DNA from: Stegostoma tigrinum
Lineage: Eukaryota
Assembly (NCBI RefSeq): GCF_030684315.1
Contig: NC_081402.1
Location: 434,001 to 498,000 of the forward strand
Length of the DNA: 64,000 nucleotides
Direction of reading: 5' to 3'
In this document: one piece after another, positions 37,961-52,105 of the stretch
How the letters are laid out: each line of letters opens with the position of its first letter
How positions within the stretch are numbered: the first letter of the stretch is position 1
Program-made: the position numbers and the translations under genes
The notes under the pieces: model-generated
Database searches by the model: none
Seen by the model: the letters and a program-made list of their open reading frames with translations, nothing else
What the model was told of the DNA's origin: nothing

Positions 37961-40570
37961 AAAAGCATGGACACTTTTCTAAATGGGCAGAAAATTAAGA
38001 AGTCTTAAGTGCAGAGAGACTTGGGAGTTCTACTCCAGAATTCTCTCAAGGTGAACTTGGTGGTTGAGTCAGTAGTCAGGAAGGCAACTGCAATGTTGTC
38101 ATTTATTTTGCAAGGACATGGGCCCCATATCTCAGGAAGGATGTGCTGGCCCTGGAGCAGGTTCAGAGGAGGTTCACAAGGATGGTCCCAGGAATGGAAA
38201 GTTTAACGTATGAGCAACGTTTGAGGATATTGGGATTGTACTCCTTGGAGTTCAGAAGAATGACAGGGGATTGAATCAAAACTTAGACTACTGGATGGCT
38301 GGACAGAGTGGATGTTGGGAAAATGCTTCCATTGGTAGGAGAGACTAGAACCCAAGGGCACAGCCTTCAGGTGAAGTGAAGACCTTTTAAGACCTTTTAG
38401 AACACAGAGATCAGGAGAAACGTCTTCAGCCAGAGAATGGTGAATCTATGGAATTCACTGCCACAGAAGGCTGTGGAGGTATTGAGTGCATTTAAGGGTG
38501 AGATAGATAGGTTTTTGATTATCAAGGGGATCAATGTCACAGAGAGAAGGCAGGAGAATTGGCTTAAGGATCTTCTCAGCCATGAATGAATGGCAGAACA
38601 GACTTGATGGGCCAAATAGCCTGATTTCTGCTCCTATGTTTTATGTTCTTATAGTAATACAGTATGGACATGGGCCCATCAGCCCAAACTGGTTCATGAT
38701 GACCATGGTGCCCAGTTAGTTCCAGTTGCCCACATTATATCCATCTAAATTGCTCCCATCCATGCACCTGTTCAAATTTTTAAAAAAAATATTGTTATTG
38801 TACCTGCCTCAACAACTTTCTCTCGCGGCTGATTCCACATGTGCTGCACTCTCTCTGTGAAGTTGACACCCCTCAGGTCCTTCTTAAATCCTTGCCATCT
38901 CACCTGAAACCTATGCCCTCCAGTTTTCAATTCCCCAACCTTGGGCAAAAACAAACACAATATGCATTTATCCTGTCTATGGTCCTCACAATTTTATACA
39001 ACTGAATAAACTCACACCTCATTCTCCTCCGTTCCAAGAAATAAAGTCCTATCCTGGCCAACATCTCCCTGTCACCCAGGCCCACTAGTCCTGTGTACAT
39101 CTTCTTTCAACACTTTCTAGTTGGACTATGTTATTTCTACAACAGGGTGACCAAAACTGTACACAATACTCCAAGTGTGGTCTCACCAATAATTTATACA
39201 ACTGTAACATAATGTCCCAACTCTATACTAAATGCCTCGATCAATGAAGGCCAGCATGCTGAATGCCTTCTTCAGCACCCTGTCCACCTGAGACACTGCT
39301 TGAAACAAACTACGTACCTGTACTCCTTGGTCCCTCTGTACCACATCACTGCTCAGGGACCTTGCCGTTTACTGCACAAGGCCTACTTTAGTTTGACATT
39401 CCAAAGTGCAACACCTAACACTTATCTGCATTGAATTGCATTTTCCAATCTTTAGCCCACGTCCCCATCTGATCAAGATCCCTCTGTTATTTTTCATAAG
39501 CCTCCCCACTATCAATGATACCTCCTAACTTTGTATCATCTGTAAATTTACTCATCAAACTTTGCACATTCACATCCAGATCATTTATGTTAATAACAAA
39601 TAACAAAGGTCCCAGCACCAATCCCTGTGGCACACCACAAGTCACAGGCCTCCAGTCCGAGAAACAATCTTCAACTGTCACCCTCTGCTTTGGACCATCA
39701 AGCCAATTTTGAATCCAATGAGCTAGCTTTCCACGTTCAAGTGAGCCACAACACACTGCAGCGTCCCGGAGTTTCACAAAGCCAAGGAAGAACACTGATA
39801 GTGTCTTTAGAAATACAGTTACCCAAAATGCATTGTTCGCGGATGCTACACAACTGATGAGAACAGGAAGACACAGCACATCCAGTGATAGTAGTCACCA
39901 GACTATGCACTGAGGGTGTGAAATAACCACCAGGTTACACTATCCCCTAAGAATCATGATAGCCCACGAACTGACAGCTGCTGTTGTGAACGAAGGATCC
40001 AACATCCACAATTAGCAGAACCAACGCTATTTACAAGATAGCATGCAAATACCGCCAAATACCTTCCCTAAGGCAAACCGGTAGGAAACTAGCCACCAGG
40101 ATTCACGGGCATCAACTCGCTGCCAAAAGTCATGACCAACTATCACTCATCTCAATGCACGTGGATGAAGAGGGACACCCATTCGACTGGGACAACGTAG
40201 CCATCAGAGGACAAGCCAGCCAAGGACACGCACGAGAATTCAAACTAGAACTCCATTCACAAACATGTCTAGCTGGACACCACACACCAAACACTAAGAA
40301 ACAAATCTGCAAGGGATTGAACTCCATCTGCCTTTTATCTGCCCAACTCTCCAGTCTATCTATATTCTGCTGTAATCTCTGACAGTCCCCTTCACTATCT
40401 GCTACTCCACCAATCTTAGTGTCATCTGCACACTTGTTGGTCAGACCACCTGCACCTTCCTCCCACTCATTTACGTATATCACAAACAACAGTGGTCCCA
40501 GCACAGATCCCTGTGGAACACCACTAGTCATAGGTCTCCAATTTGAGAAACTCCCGTCTACTACTACTAT
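37960..40570. mobile_element. CR1-type LINE fragments with a nested Poseidon-type Penelope fragment (~39740-40300)
   Basis: GVPQGLVLGPLLF..FTDDTKLGG and GVPQGSVLGPLLF..ADDTKIGG on the minus strand; nested HVDEEGHPFDWDNVAI..HAREF on the plus strand. Confidence 0.8.
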
Positions 40571-42272
40571 TCTCTGCCTCAATGATATGTGATTGTCACT
40601 TTCTTCTCTATGGCTGTGAGAGCGTATTTTCTCACTTGTGCCAGTCACATCCTGCCCTGTAAATCTGAGAAACTAATTATTAAGCTATACCTGTCACTAT
40701 CTGATTTGTGAATGCATGTTTCATTCTCTCCCTGTCAAGTTTCTGTTGTGTGAATGTGCAAGTGAAGTTATTGATCGGTGACTGTCAATTTCAGCTGAAT
40801 ATTGCACTTTCAACATCTGCAGGCTTTCTTTGATGTTCAAATATCTGCTCATCAACATGAATATGCAGCTGTGTGTGTAAGGGGCTGTAAGTGAAACTGT
40901 CAGTGTTTATACCATTCTCTGGTTTGAGCAGTGCGGCTGAAGTTTGAGTATGTTCCACAATATTCATTCTATGCTATGGTTTATGTTTTACTCTAATTTT
41001 GGTCAGACTGTGGTTTGAATGTGTTGAGTTTAATGTTCACATTTTTGTTACAAGTTCGCTGTACGAATCATTCTTAATTCTAAGTCAAAAACTTGGTATC
41101 TGATGAATATATGTTATTTTCTGTCTGTTTTCAGGTCAATATTTAATTTCTTTCTGGTAGATTTATGACTTCATATTCAGCAGTGGGTTCTGCTATTCAG
41201 TTTGTGGGGCAAACAAATTCAAAGGCAATATAGGTTTCAAACTAACCTTGTCCTGCTTTGCAATTCCTCCAGTTTGTACAAAAGTGAAAAAAAAACTTCA
41301 GTTACCTCTCTCAGTCGAAGACACGGTGAGATATTTGGAGGTACAACGAATCTCTGGTTCAATCTACTACTTGGAGTATTTCATGGGAATTCAGCATGTC
41401 AAAAAATTCATACAAATTTTTGATGATTTCACCAACAAATGATACTTAATTTATGACTATGGCCATTACCATATGTTTAAATCTTACAGGGACTGCATTG
41501 GAGATTGAAGAACTGAGCTCACTTTTTGTTCTGTTGTCTATTGCATAGAAGGCTATCTCTCTGACCTGAAATCTGAGAGTAGAAATCATGTTTAGTGTTA
41601 CATGTTCTGGGGCTTGAAGTGTACATGGTCTTCATGGCTGTTAGATGTTGAGGAATGTGTGTTGGAACGGTGCATGTATGTATGTGGAATACATTGTAAA
41701 TCACTCAGTGGGGGGGGGGGGCGTGTATGTGTGTGCGTGCATGTGCAGTTTATGTTGTGTGCTCTCAGAACCATTCTATGCCTCGCATTTGGAAGTCACA
41801 TGATTTAAATTGTTCTCTCTGTGCCCAGGACTTCAATTTGTCAAAACAGAGACACAGTGCTGCTCAGTAACCGATAATGTGAATGTTTTCTTGCGTGTCT
41901 GTACTCACAGTGCTTCACCTCTGGTTGGTGTAACTATGTAACAGCATGAACTATTGCTTCACCTTGACAGTAACTTTAAAAACATACTTACTAAATGCAG
42001 AATTACTGCAGTTCCTCAGTGTCTGTTTCAGATGAAGATTCAGTCTGTGACTTTTCAAAAATGTTGGAAATGACAGTAGGCTACGAATGAAGAAAATTGT
42101 TGCAACTGTGGAGGTGTGCATTGGGCAAAGAGAGAAAACAAACGATTTGTATTTTGTTGGTTCTATTTGACTGTTAGCTTGAATGCATATCACTGGAAAT
42201 TGAGTTCAACGTGTCCTGACTCAAACTGCTCTTTGCCTGCGCAAAGGAACCGTGCTGACAGCGGTAACATAC

Positions 42273-42380
42273 CTGCAGTTTGTGAGAAGCAGCTGCTCAC
42301 ACTTGGCTTTGTGCCAAGGGAATGATACACTGTCTTGCTCCTTCATGTATTTGCCTCGAAGAAAACAGAAGAGAAACATT
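42273..42380 (-). CDS. Unknown-gene 108-nt exon, copy B (open)
   Basis: tttacag/gtatgt; MFLFCFLRGKYMKEQDSVSFPWHKAKCEQLLLTNC. Confidence 0.5.
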
Positions 42381-44684
42381 CTGTAAATCAGCATCATCCA
42401 AGCTTGACAACCTCAATCAGAAAAACGTACGTTCCGTTGATAATTATGAGGATGTTTCTTTTCTTCAACTTCAACAGACAATGTAGCAGAGCTCCAAAAG
42501 TTTGTAATTTTAAATAAATCTATTGGACTGGAGCACATAATGAGACTTCTGTCTTTTCTTTGAAACCATCAGTTCAAACATAGGTCCGATTCCATTTTAC
42601 CTTGGAGGATTGCTTTCTTCATATATACATTTCAATCCCAATTGAGTGAAATCCAGAAACTGAACAACAACTGCACAGCTCCATCTGAGATGCTACCCAA
42701 AGATGCTGTAACATTGACACAGTTTGTATTACCAGATCCCAACACTAACTGTTGAAAACAACAATGGACACTACTTCAAATGTTATTGCTCAAGAAATAT
42801 AATCTGTTGTCTCCAATCTATGTCCTTTACAGGATTCTTATACGTCCATCGTCTTGTCTGTGTTTCCACTTTTAATTGTACAATGTGAAACAGTGGCCAA
42901 ACAAGGAGCATTTGGGCAGGGCCAGCATTGGCATTCACTGCTTTTCCCAATAATTCCAAACAACAGACATCAGTGGGTCATTCCCTAATTCCCTTCTCTC
43001 CCACTGTGAGCAAAGCAACTGGGCTGTGGGGAAAAGGGCAGAGAATGTTTCAAGCTGAGGCATTGGCCCTTTGTGGAGCTACAATGGAGCTCTTTCCCAG
43101 GGCATTTTAATAACTCCATGCCTCCAGCTCTCTCAGAATTTAATGAGCAATATTAGCGCTGGCCAAGTCTAAGAGACACGGAATGGATGGCAGCTAAGCT
43201 GCTTCTCTAGCACTGCTGAATATGACTGACAAGTGGTTAAACAGAATGTGAAATGCTGGACCAGGCTTTTTTCAAAGACACAACGGTACTTTTGAAAAGA
43301 GGTTATTCCAAAGCAAAAGGGAGCATCGCACAAACACCGGCTGCAAGAAGATTTGTTCGAGACAGTTTGAAGATTTGCAACAAACATTGAAGGGGACAGT
43401 AAATTCTGCAATAACAAACCGATGAACTAATGGGATTAAGACTCATAAAAAAATCTACAGGTCAAACAGGTTCACTAAAATTGATAAGCAATTGATTTCA
43501 GTCCATTCAGCGAAAGGATGTTGTCCCATTAGGTGAACAGAGTGAGTTAGGGTTAGGGGTATATATCATCCCGAAGAATGTCGGCCCAGCTCATCATGAA
43601 AACAGCAGATAACTAATTGCTACAAGATGGAGTTGTTTCTTTGAAATTATTCACAATATTAAGAAATTGGTTCCAGTTAAAGATTCTTCAGACAGATTTC
43701 AATGTAATTCTAAATATATGTATGTAATAAAATACAAATATTACTAAAAGCATGACGTGAAAAGATGCAAATATAGATATGAAAGTTAATTAGTCTCTGA
43801 AAGCTTTCCTCTGTCATTAAAGGAATGCCTGGCACATCCTAGAAGAAACAAATGCTCACAATTCATTCGCTAAAAGAGTGCTAAGAGGACGGGTACACGT
43901 AAAACTTTACAAGTAACTCACTCTATAATCAAATTATTATCATGAATCTTTTTGCAATTCATAAGAATCAACTCAGCGATAGCAAGACCTGCCAATGCAG
44001 CAGTTAGAGATAACACAACGTGGAGCTGGAGGAACACAGCAGGCCTGGCGGCATCAGAGATGGTGGAAAGTTCAAGTTTTGGGTCAGGACTCCTCTTCAG
44101 AAGCATCAACTTTCCTGCTACTCTGATACTGCTTGGTCTCCAAGTAGGAACTGTCTTTTTTTATTACAATTCAGACAGTGGGAAAATAAGACAAGTAACA
44201 GAATTTAATAGAAACAGGAAATTAATACAATTGACAGCAGAATTCAAGCAGGCCTGATAGGTAAGCAATTCTGGGGCATGACTGAAGGTGTACGGCCAGT
44301 AACTTGAAAAGTAAATTAATAGGATGTATGGAAAGATCCCAGGGCCTGGTGATTACATTGCCTGTTAAACATTATGAGATTGTGGTGAACCTTGGCCTGG
44401 CTATTGGAGGGCCCATCTTCAATTAGGAGTTTCAAAGGTTTGGTTGTATACAAAGGGGGAAGGGCACAGCGTTCGTGTTGTATTGGATTACTGTAACACA
44501 AAATGTATAATACTGTATTCCTTTGTGAGAATCAGAGCGTCATCAACCTCTCCTTTCCAATCTGAGCGAAAGATTAATGGGGTAACTGCATCAACAGGAG
44601 GCGGGTGGCTGCGGCTCTCTCCCTGCGTGATCTGGTGACTGGTTGACAAGATACTGCCATGGGCATGAATTCTGCCTGCCCCGA

Positions 44685-44838
44685 GTGACATCACCAACCC
44701 AAGGAAACCTAAACAGACAAATAGAAAGTGGGACATAACACCAGCTCCTCATCGGAGGCTCACTGATGATGTTACCGAGAATGGTGATGAAACGTCTGAA
44801 AACTAACCTTCCAGCTCAGTGAGCAAACTCACCTCCAG
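44685..44838 (+). mobile_element. Poseidon-type Penelope terminal fragment
   Basis: GGAGGCTCACTGATGATG..CCAGCTCAGTGAGCAAAC; a reverse relative lies at ~62205-62285 beside GIY-YIG remnants. Confidence 0.65.
44760..44799 (+). ncRNA. Minimal type I hammerhead ribozyme motif
   Basis: TCA CTGATGA T GTTACC gagaat GGTGAT GAAAC GTC TGA: complete core, 6-bp stem II, GUC triplet, short stem I. Confidence 0.6.
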
Positions 44839-45649
44839 ATATTCCTAACATTTTGTAGAAACTGGCATGCAGAACAGATAAAGAGTACAAATGTTCTCGT
44901 GCAAACACAACGGGCTGAACGGCCTGCTTCTGTCCTGTACCAGGTCTATATTTCTGAGGCATTTTCATTTATCCATCTGTTGTATAGTGTATCAGGATAA
45001 AGATATCATGTAGAAATGGACAGACAAGCTTATTTTTTCTTTTGAAAAAGCTGGCCCAGTAAGTCAGCGTGGGCTGTTTCCTCTTTTAGGGCTCAATGGT
45101 ATCACTGAGATACTTAGTTTTACTTCATACTGGGATTTTTAAAAATTATTTATTTGGAGAATTTTATTCTGTATCTGACAGCCCATGCTGCATTCTCCAC
45201 TTGTCAGGCTTTGGCAGAAAAAGTGCATTTGCATTTCACATTATTTCATTTCTGTGTCTTTGTATGGGACATTATTCATCAAAAAGATAATTTTAGTCCT
45301 AAATAAAAACTCAAAGAACTTCAGGTGATGCAAGTCAGAAACAAAAATGGAATTTGCTGGAAATGCAAAGCAGGTCTGGCAGCATGTGAAGAGAAATCAT
45401 AGTTAACTTTTCAAACACTTCTTCAGTTCTGCGCAAAGGTCACTGGATCTGAAACATTAATTCTGATTTCTCTTCACAGATGCTGCCAGGCCTGCTGAGC
45501 TTTTCTAGAAAATTCTGTTTTTGTTTATTATTTCTGCCCTCCTCAGTCACTGATAATATCAAAAGTTTCCTTTCCTTCTATATTTTTACTCAATACCGAC
45601 TCCATATATCGTCATTTTAACTATGTAACAACTTGATCTGTTGGTATCA

Positions 45650-45845
45650 GATAAATGGAACTGCAGATGCTGGAGAATCCGAGATAACAAGGTGTGGAGC
45701 TGGATGAACACAGCAGGCCAAGCAGCATCGTAGGAGCAGGAAAGCTGACATTTCAGGCCTAATCCCTACATCAAAAACATCAGCTTTCCTGCTCCTATGA
45801 TGCTGCTTGGCCTGCTGTGTTCATCCAGCTCTACACCTTGTGATC
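45650..45845. mobile_element. Non-autonomous Penelope-like palindromic insert
   Basis: Inverted arms AAGGTGTGGAGCTGGATGAAC.. / ..GTTCATCCAGCTCTACACCTT. Confidence 0.75.
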
Positions 45846-46161
45846 AGTCTGTCTACCTAGATCATAACGTTAAAAATACCCTCACTTAATGTGCATTCAA
45901 TGTATTTATTGAGAGTATATTTGTGACATAAATTCAATCTATCCTCTTCAAATGCTATGAATGACAATGGGCTGTTAAAGATGCACTTTACTGGAGCTGG
46001 CCTAGTTTACACTGACAAGAGAAAAAAGTTACATTTGTATTTCGTTGGTGGCATTTGATCGCTGGTTTGATTGTTTCTTTCTGGAAATTGAGTTCAACGC
46101 AAGTCTTACTTCAACCGCGACTGTGGAAAGGACAGTCTCCGCTCTGACACTGGTCACGTAC

Positions 46162-46268
46162 GTGCTGTGAGTAGCAGCAGCTAGTCACACTTGGTGTAGT
46201 ACCACGGAAATATGACATTGCCTGGGCACATCAGATATTTGCCTGGAGAAAGGCAAAAGAGATTTCTG
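46162..46268 (-). pseudogene. Unknown-gene exon, copy C (107 nt, TAG stop)
   Basis: RNLFCLSPGKYLMCPGNVIFPWYYTKCD*LLL; tttacag/gtacgt. Confidence 0.55.
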
Positions 46269-46940
46269 CTGTAAATCAACATCCACCGAGTTTCAAAATA
46301 TCAAAAACTCATCAATAGAAAATTTCGTGAATACTCATGATAATTCTTGGTTTTAAAGCCAACAAATCACACAGAAAAGGGCCCAGTTACACAATTGACC
46401 TGGGTTCCTCCTCTTTCTTTGAGCAAAATTCTAAAACTATTAATATACAAAAACTAACCAGATCCACGAATGGAATGTTTACACGGTTCAATATCCAGCT
46501 CCCAATACAGGAACTATTGAAGGGAAGCACAACAGGCACTATTTCAAATATTTTACTGGAGACTCTTCATCCGGTGACTGCTATATTCTCCTTCGCGGGA
46601 TCAGCCCATTTGTATTCACTGCTTTATTTTGACACGGTTTAATGCAAACTCGGAACAAACAGCGTGAAACAGCAGCCAAACAATTAATTTCCATCAGTGT
46701 TTAGAAGACTAAAAATTTCAAGACTGCCCCCCAGGAGCAGCTTCTTGCCGCTGGGTCTCCCTCAGCAGGCCCACACACAGCCCAAGAAAGGCCTCTCTCT
46801 CCCCGCCCCCAGGCCGCTCTCTCCAAGTTCCGGGACCAGTTCCTGCTCCGCTCCGCCTCTTACCAACAGCCCCCGGTTCTACCTGAGCTGAGCCCGAATC
46901 AGTGCCGGTCTCGGAGCCCCCCTCTGTGTCCCAGACTCAC

Positions 46941-47132
46941 ATCTCGATGCGTTGCTGGAAGGAGCCTGCTGTTCTCTCACTTCCCTGGGCGCTGGCCTCT
47001 CCATTGCGGTCTCTTTCAAACAAACCTCTTCCACTCACTGAATAAATGCTCCTCAATGGCAGCTCAACGGAGAGTCTCACGCATGCGCTCCTCTGGTCAG
47101 CAATATGAGCATTGGGAGGGTCACGCATGCGC
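46941..47132 (-). promoter_or_regulatory. Unknown-gene promoter (two NRF1-like sites) and first exon
   Basis: ACGCATGCGC at 47079-47088 and 47123-47132; donor gtgagt at 46940. Confidence 0.55.
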
Positions 47133-48379
47133 TGCATTCCCCAATGAGTCCCAGCCACAAACATCAGTTGGTTCCTTCCCCAATTCCCTTTGCTCCCAGT
47201 TTGAGCAAAGCGAATGGAGGCTGTGGGGGAAATGGCAGAAAATGTTTCAAACTGGGGCATTGGCCCGTTGTGAAGCTCCAATGGAGCTCATTCCCGGGTC
47301 ATGTTAATGTCTGCCTCCCCCCGGTTTTCTCACAATCTGGTGGGGAAGCGGAGAAGCTGGCAGCCGTTCGGCCCATTTAAAACCACTGTGATATTTCATT
47401 CTGCTGGCCTTCGTCCCACATTGACTCTGTCAAGGTCACACACAGAGCGATGGAATAAATGCGACATTATTACGAAGGCAGAATGTAACTGTGGTGCGGA
47501 GTCTTGCGGCGCAGCGGTAGTTTCCCTATTCCTGGGTCAGAGGGGCCGTGCTAAAGCCACACCCGGACCAGAGGTGAGGACTCATATCCCTGGGCTCGAT
47601 GCAAATACCAGTTTGGAGTTGATGACTGATTTTATTCTCAGTCTGCTGCAGACAGAAGCCTTGTGATGAATGTGTTACCGCAACGAATGACCCAGCTGTT
47701 TTTTTCTTGTTTGCGCATTCCTGGGACGAAGATGTCTCTGGCTTGTCCCAGCATTTATTGCGCGTCCCTAGTTGCCCCCATTGAGAAGTTGGTGCTGAGC
47801 CACCTTCTTAAATAGTTCCGGTCCATGTGCTGCCCACATTGCAGTTCGCAGGTAGTTCCAGGGTCTTGATTGAGAGACAGTGAAGGTACGGGGACATATT
47901 TCCAAGTTAGGATGGTGGGTGACTTGGAGGGGAACGTGCCTAGTATCGAGGTCGTGTTCCTCCACATCAGCTGCCCAAGTCCTTTTAAATGGATGTTTTC
48001 GTGAGGATGGATGGTGGTCTTTTTGCAGTCTACAAAACTGTCATTTTACAGGGCTATTTAACACGGTTTCTGATACACAGAACAGGCGTACAAATTGTGA
48101 AGAAAATCAGCTCGAAAGAAAAAAAAACAAGTCTCTGAAGCTGGAGAACATTTCAAAGTCAGGACAGAAGGAAATACAAATGTATTGATTATGACAGCGA
48201 AAAGGAGGAAATGTGTACGCTTGCAGAAGCCTTAAAAAACTAACAGTTAATGTACTGATAAATATGTAAAATGAGAATTGAAATAAAACTATGTTGGCTT
48301 ACACAAATGTACATCCGTTACAATCAAAAAGAGGGGACTCTATTGTGGGGAATAAAAAATGGCTATCCAACTCTCTACT

Positions 48380-51140
48380 TTTGTTCTTTGTTCACAAAGG
48401 AAGACACACGTAACACACTCGGAATGTTGGTCAAACAGAGTTTAGTGAGAGAGAGAAACTGAATCAAATCAGTACTATTCAGTAAATTGTGTTGGGTAAA
48501 TTCAAAGGATTGAAGGCTGGGAAATACCAATGCCTGATAATTTATATCCCAGCGCACTTAACACAGTAGCCTTCGAAGTAATGCATGTTTTGCTCGTCAT
48601 GCACCAAAAAGCTACAGGCTGGCCAATAATTTCCAAAGATTGGAGTGCAGCTAATGTAAGCAACCTATTTGAAAAAGGAGGTAGCGATTGAACTTGGAAT
48701 TTTAGAGTAGTCAACCTGAATGAAAAGAAATGCAGATAGTTTGGGATAAAACGTCAGGATGAGGCAGAGTCGGCATGGATTTGAAAGGCCTGTTCCTCTG
48801 CTGTTCTGTTCTATGTTGCCAGCTTGAAAATTTCCTGGAGTAGAAATGGCAAAGGTGAGGTGTTAATTATAATTAACAAAAGCTTTCTAACCAAATCCCA
48901 CATAAGACATTAGCATGTTAAAATGTAAAGCATTGAGAATGACTAAATAAAACTAGCTGGATAACAGGAAATGCAGAGGGAATGAATGATCATTTTCTCA
49001 ATGTCAAGCTGTGACTTGGGGTCATGGCAAGAATCAGTTTTCGGATCAAAGCTCTTCACAATGTATTCACAATGGTTAGATGGGGGAAATAAATGTAATA
49101 TCTCCAGAATTATTGATGACACAAAAGTGGGTTGAATGGTCAGCTCTCAAAGAGGAAGCATTGATTGTGAAGAAGTCGAGTCAGTGGGCAAATGCATATC
49201 AGGCACTGAATAATGTGGATGAATGGAAAGGTATGCACTTTGGAAACAAAATAAAAGGAAGGCAGGCCATTTTCTGAAAGTTGGGAAATGGACACCGTGG
49301 AATTTGGAACGACACCCGGGTGCCCACGTAAAGCAATCACTGAAAGTAAGCATGTTCAAGCAGCAGGCAGTGAGGAAGGCAACTGGTATGTGTGTCTTCA
49401 TGGAGAGAGAATTTGAGTACAAGAGAATGGATAAATTATGACAATTTAACAGGGCATCTGTCAGACAATTCCAAGAATACTGACAGCAGGTTTGGACTCC
49501 TTATCTGAGGAAAGATGGTGTTCCTGTGAAGGTAGTTTTTAATGGGAAGATTGCTGGGATGGAAGGCGAGGCTGAATTGGTTGTGACTGTATGCACTGAA
49601 ACTCAGATGAATGAGGGACTGTCTGAGAAATCTGTAAGACACTGACAGGCCTGAACAATATAAATACAAGAAGAATGCTTCTGATGGTAGGAGTCATATT
49701 TTTCAGAGACAGGATAGGCCATTTAGGGCTGAGATGGTGATGATTGTCTTCATTCAGAGAGTGGTGTGCCTGTGGAATTCTCTGCCACAGAAATCAGCCA
49801 TGCCCAACACATTGTATGATTTCTAAAATGAGCTGGGTACAGGCCTTTTGGACAAAGGGAGTCAAAATAAAATTGGCTGAATGACGAGAGACTAAGAGTG
49901 AAGATGGAGGTGATAATGGGAACTGCAGATGCTGGAGAATCCACGTTAATAAAATGTGAGGCTGGATGAACACAGCAGGTCCAGCAGCATCTCAGGAGCA
50001 CAAAAGCTGATGTTTCAGGCCTGGATGATGGAGGGTTGATTTTCAGACTGGAGGCCTGTCACCTGTGGTGTTCCACAAAGATTGGTTCAGGGTCCTCTTT
50101 TGTTTGCCATTTGTATAAATGATTTGAATAAGAATAGAAGGCACGGTCCGCACATTTTGTGGATGATAACAAAGTTGGTAGCATAGACAGGAGTGGAGAA
50201 GGTTTCCCAAGATTTCAAAGGAATCTTGATCAAATCAGCCAATGGGCTGTAAAATGGCTGATGGAGTTCAATCTGGATAAATGCACGGTTTTGCATTTTG
50301 GTACAACAGTTGGCCTTATATGATTAATGGTTGAGCCTTGGGTAGTGTTGTAGAACCGAGGGATAAAGAATTCTTTGAAGTCTGCATCACATCGCAACAG
50401 GATGGTTAAGAAGGTGTTTGGCACGCTTAACTTCGTTACTCAGTCCTTTGAATTTAGGAGGTAGGCCGTCACTTTGAGGTTCGAAGGGGCATTGGTGAGA
50501 TCACTTCAGGAATAATGCGATCAGTTCTGCTCGGCCAGTTAGAGGAAGGATGTTATCAAGCTGGAGAAATTTGAGAAGAGATTCACTGGTATTTGCAGAG
50601 TATGTAAGGCTCGAGTTATAAAGAACGGATGGATAGGGGTCTAGGCCCGAAACGACAGCTTTCCTGCCCCTAAGATGCTGCTTGGCCTGCTTTGCTCATC
50701 CAGCTCCGCACCGTGTTTTCATGGATAGGCTGGGACTTTTTTTCACTGTAAAGCAGGATGTTCAGAAGTCACCTTCTCGAAGTTTATAAAATACTGATGG
50801 GGTGAGACAGAGTTAATGGTCGTTGACCTTTGCCTGGGATGGAGGGATTAGAAAACCAGGGCGGACATTTTATTGTAACAGGCAAGAGATTTTTTAAAAA
50901 AAAGACACGAGAGGCATTTTTTTAACATAGAACACGGAAGAATGTAGAATGAACTTCCTGTTGAATTGGTCTATGTGGCTATAATTACATTAAAACGACA
51001 TTTGGACAAGTGCGTAAGCATGACAGGTTTGAAAGGAAACAGGTCAGGGACAGGTAGATGGAGCTAATTCAGTTTGGCATTATGCTCGGCATCCACTGAT
51101 TGGACTGAAGGGTCTGTGTCCTTCTGTCTCTGACTCTGTA
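48380..51140 (+). mobile_element. Decayed CR1-type LINEs with small Penelope-like inserts (~49910-50030, ~50635-50720)
   Basis: Degenerate PQ.LV.GP.LF / DD.K motifs and 3' tails; the insert at ~50635 is flanked by ATGGATAGG. Confidence 0.7.
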
Positions 51141-51952
51141 TGAGAGAAAAAAGAGAGACTGGTCATTGAGTTGGATGATCTGCCATTTTCATGGTGAGTG
51201 GGAGCAGAGGTTTGAAGGGCCGATTGGCATTAGCTGGGCCAGTTGCTATTCTTAACATTTCTATGACTGTGATTCCCAGAAACGATGTTGAGTATTGTCA
51301 CCGGAATGAAAAAAAAACAGACCTGGGTGATCAATGTAACTTCAAACCAGATGATTGGCTCTTGCAGCTGAATCTGCAGCAGAGCGAATCTCCGGCGCAC
51401 AGACCTCGGAGAGTTTAACAATTAATGAGGAGAAAAATTACAACTAATTCCCTGGGTTCCGGATCAAAGGCTGAAAGGAGGAGAAATTACATCCTTCCAC
51501 AGGTACATTTGGAGGTATTTCTGGCCTGTGACAGTATGAATGTGAATATGGAGTAAGAAAGACTGTAGATAAAGGGCGGGGGGTCAGTCACACGTAACTG
51601 TGTTTGTGTGTCCGCTCGTATCATGACATTTCCGCGTGTCTCTTGTACAAATCAAAAAGATTTTCATTTCAACTCATCCCCCTGCTCCTCCCCTAAACCC
51701 CAAAGATAGAATTCAAGGCAATATATTTGTTGATTTCAAGATTTCAGTCTGAAAGTGATGATAATGCCAGCGCTCAGCTCAGAGAGGGCGATCAGTGCAG
51801 CAGCAAAATGCGTTTAACTCGACAATGGAGCCGTCAATTCGAGTGAAAACTGTTCTGCCGCAAACCTTCCCATAACAGGGTCAGGAGAGATCGAGCCTGG
51901 CTCTCTGGAGAAGCGGAATTGCAGAGGAATTGGAGAGTTTCTGCCGAGAGAG

Positions 51953-52025
51953 AAACACAGAGAGGCAGCAGGAGCAGGGAGCTGAGGGCAGGTTGTCTCC
52001 GCGCCGTCCGCTCGCTGCCTTTAAG
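51953..52025 (+). promoter_or_regulatory. H1 promoter: H1/AC box and TATA-like element
   Basis: AAACACA at 51953-51959; CTTTAAG at ~52020; no CCAAT seen. Confidence 0.55.
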
Positions 52026-52105
52026 TTGCTCAGTGCCGCCACCAGCAGCTTCATTGCTGACCCAGTTCAGTCTGACAGAGAGAGATTCAGCGCAGAGTTC
52101 CCGAC

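Noticed and set aside
41260-41575. Exon-like segments on both strands downstream of exon copy B
   Set aside because: Not seen in the other module copies, and the frame depends on acceptor choice; insufficient support
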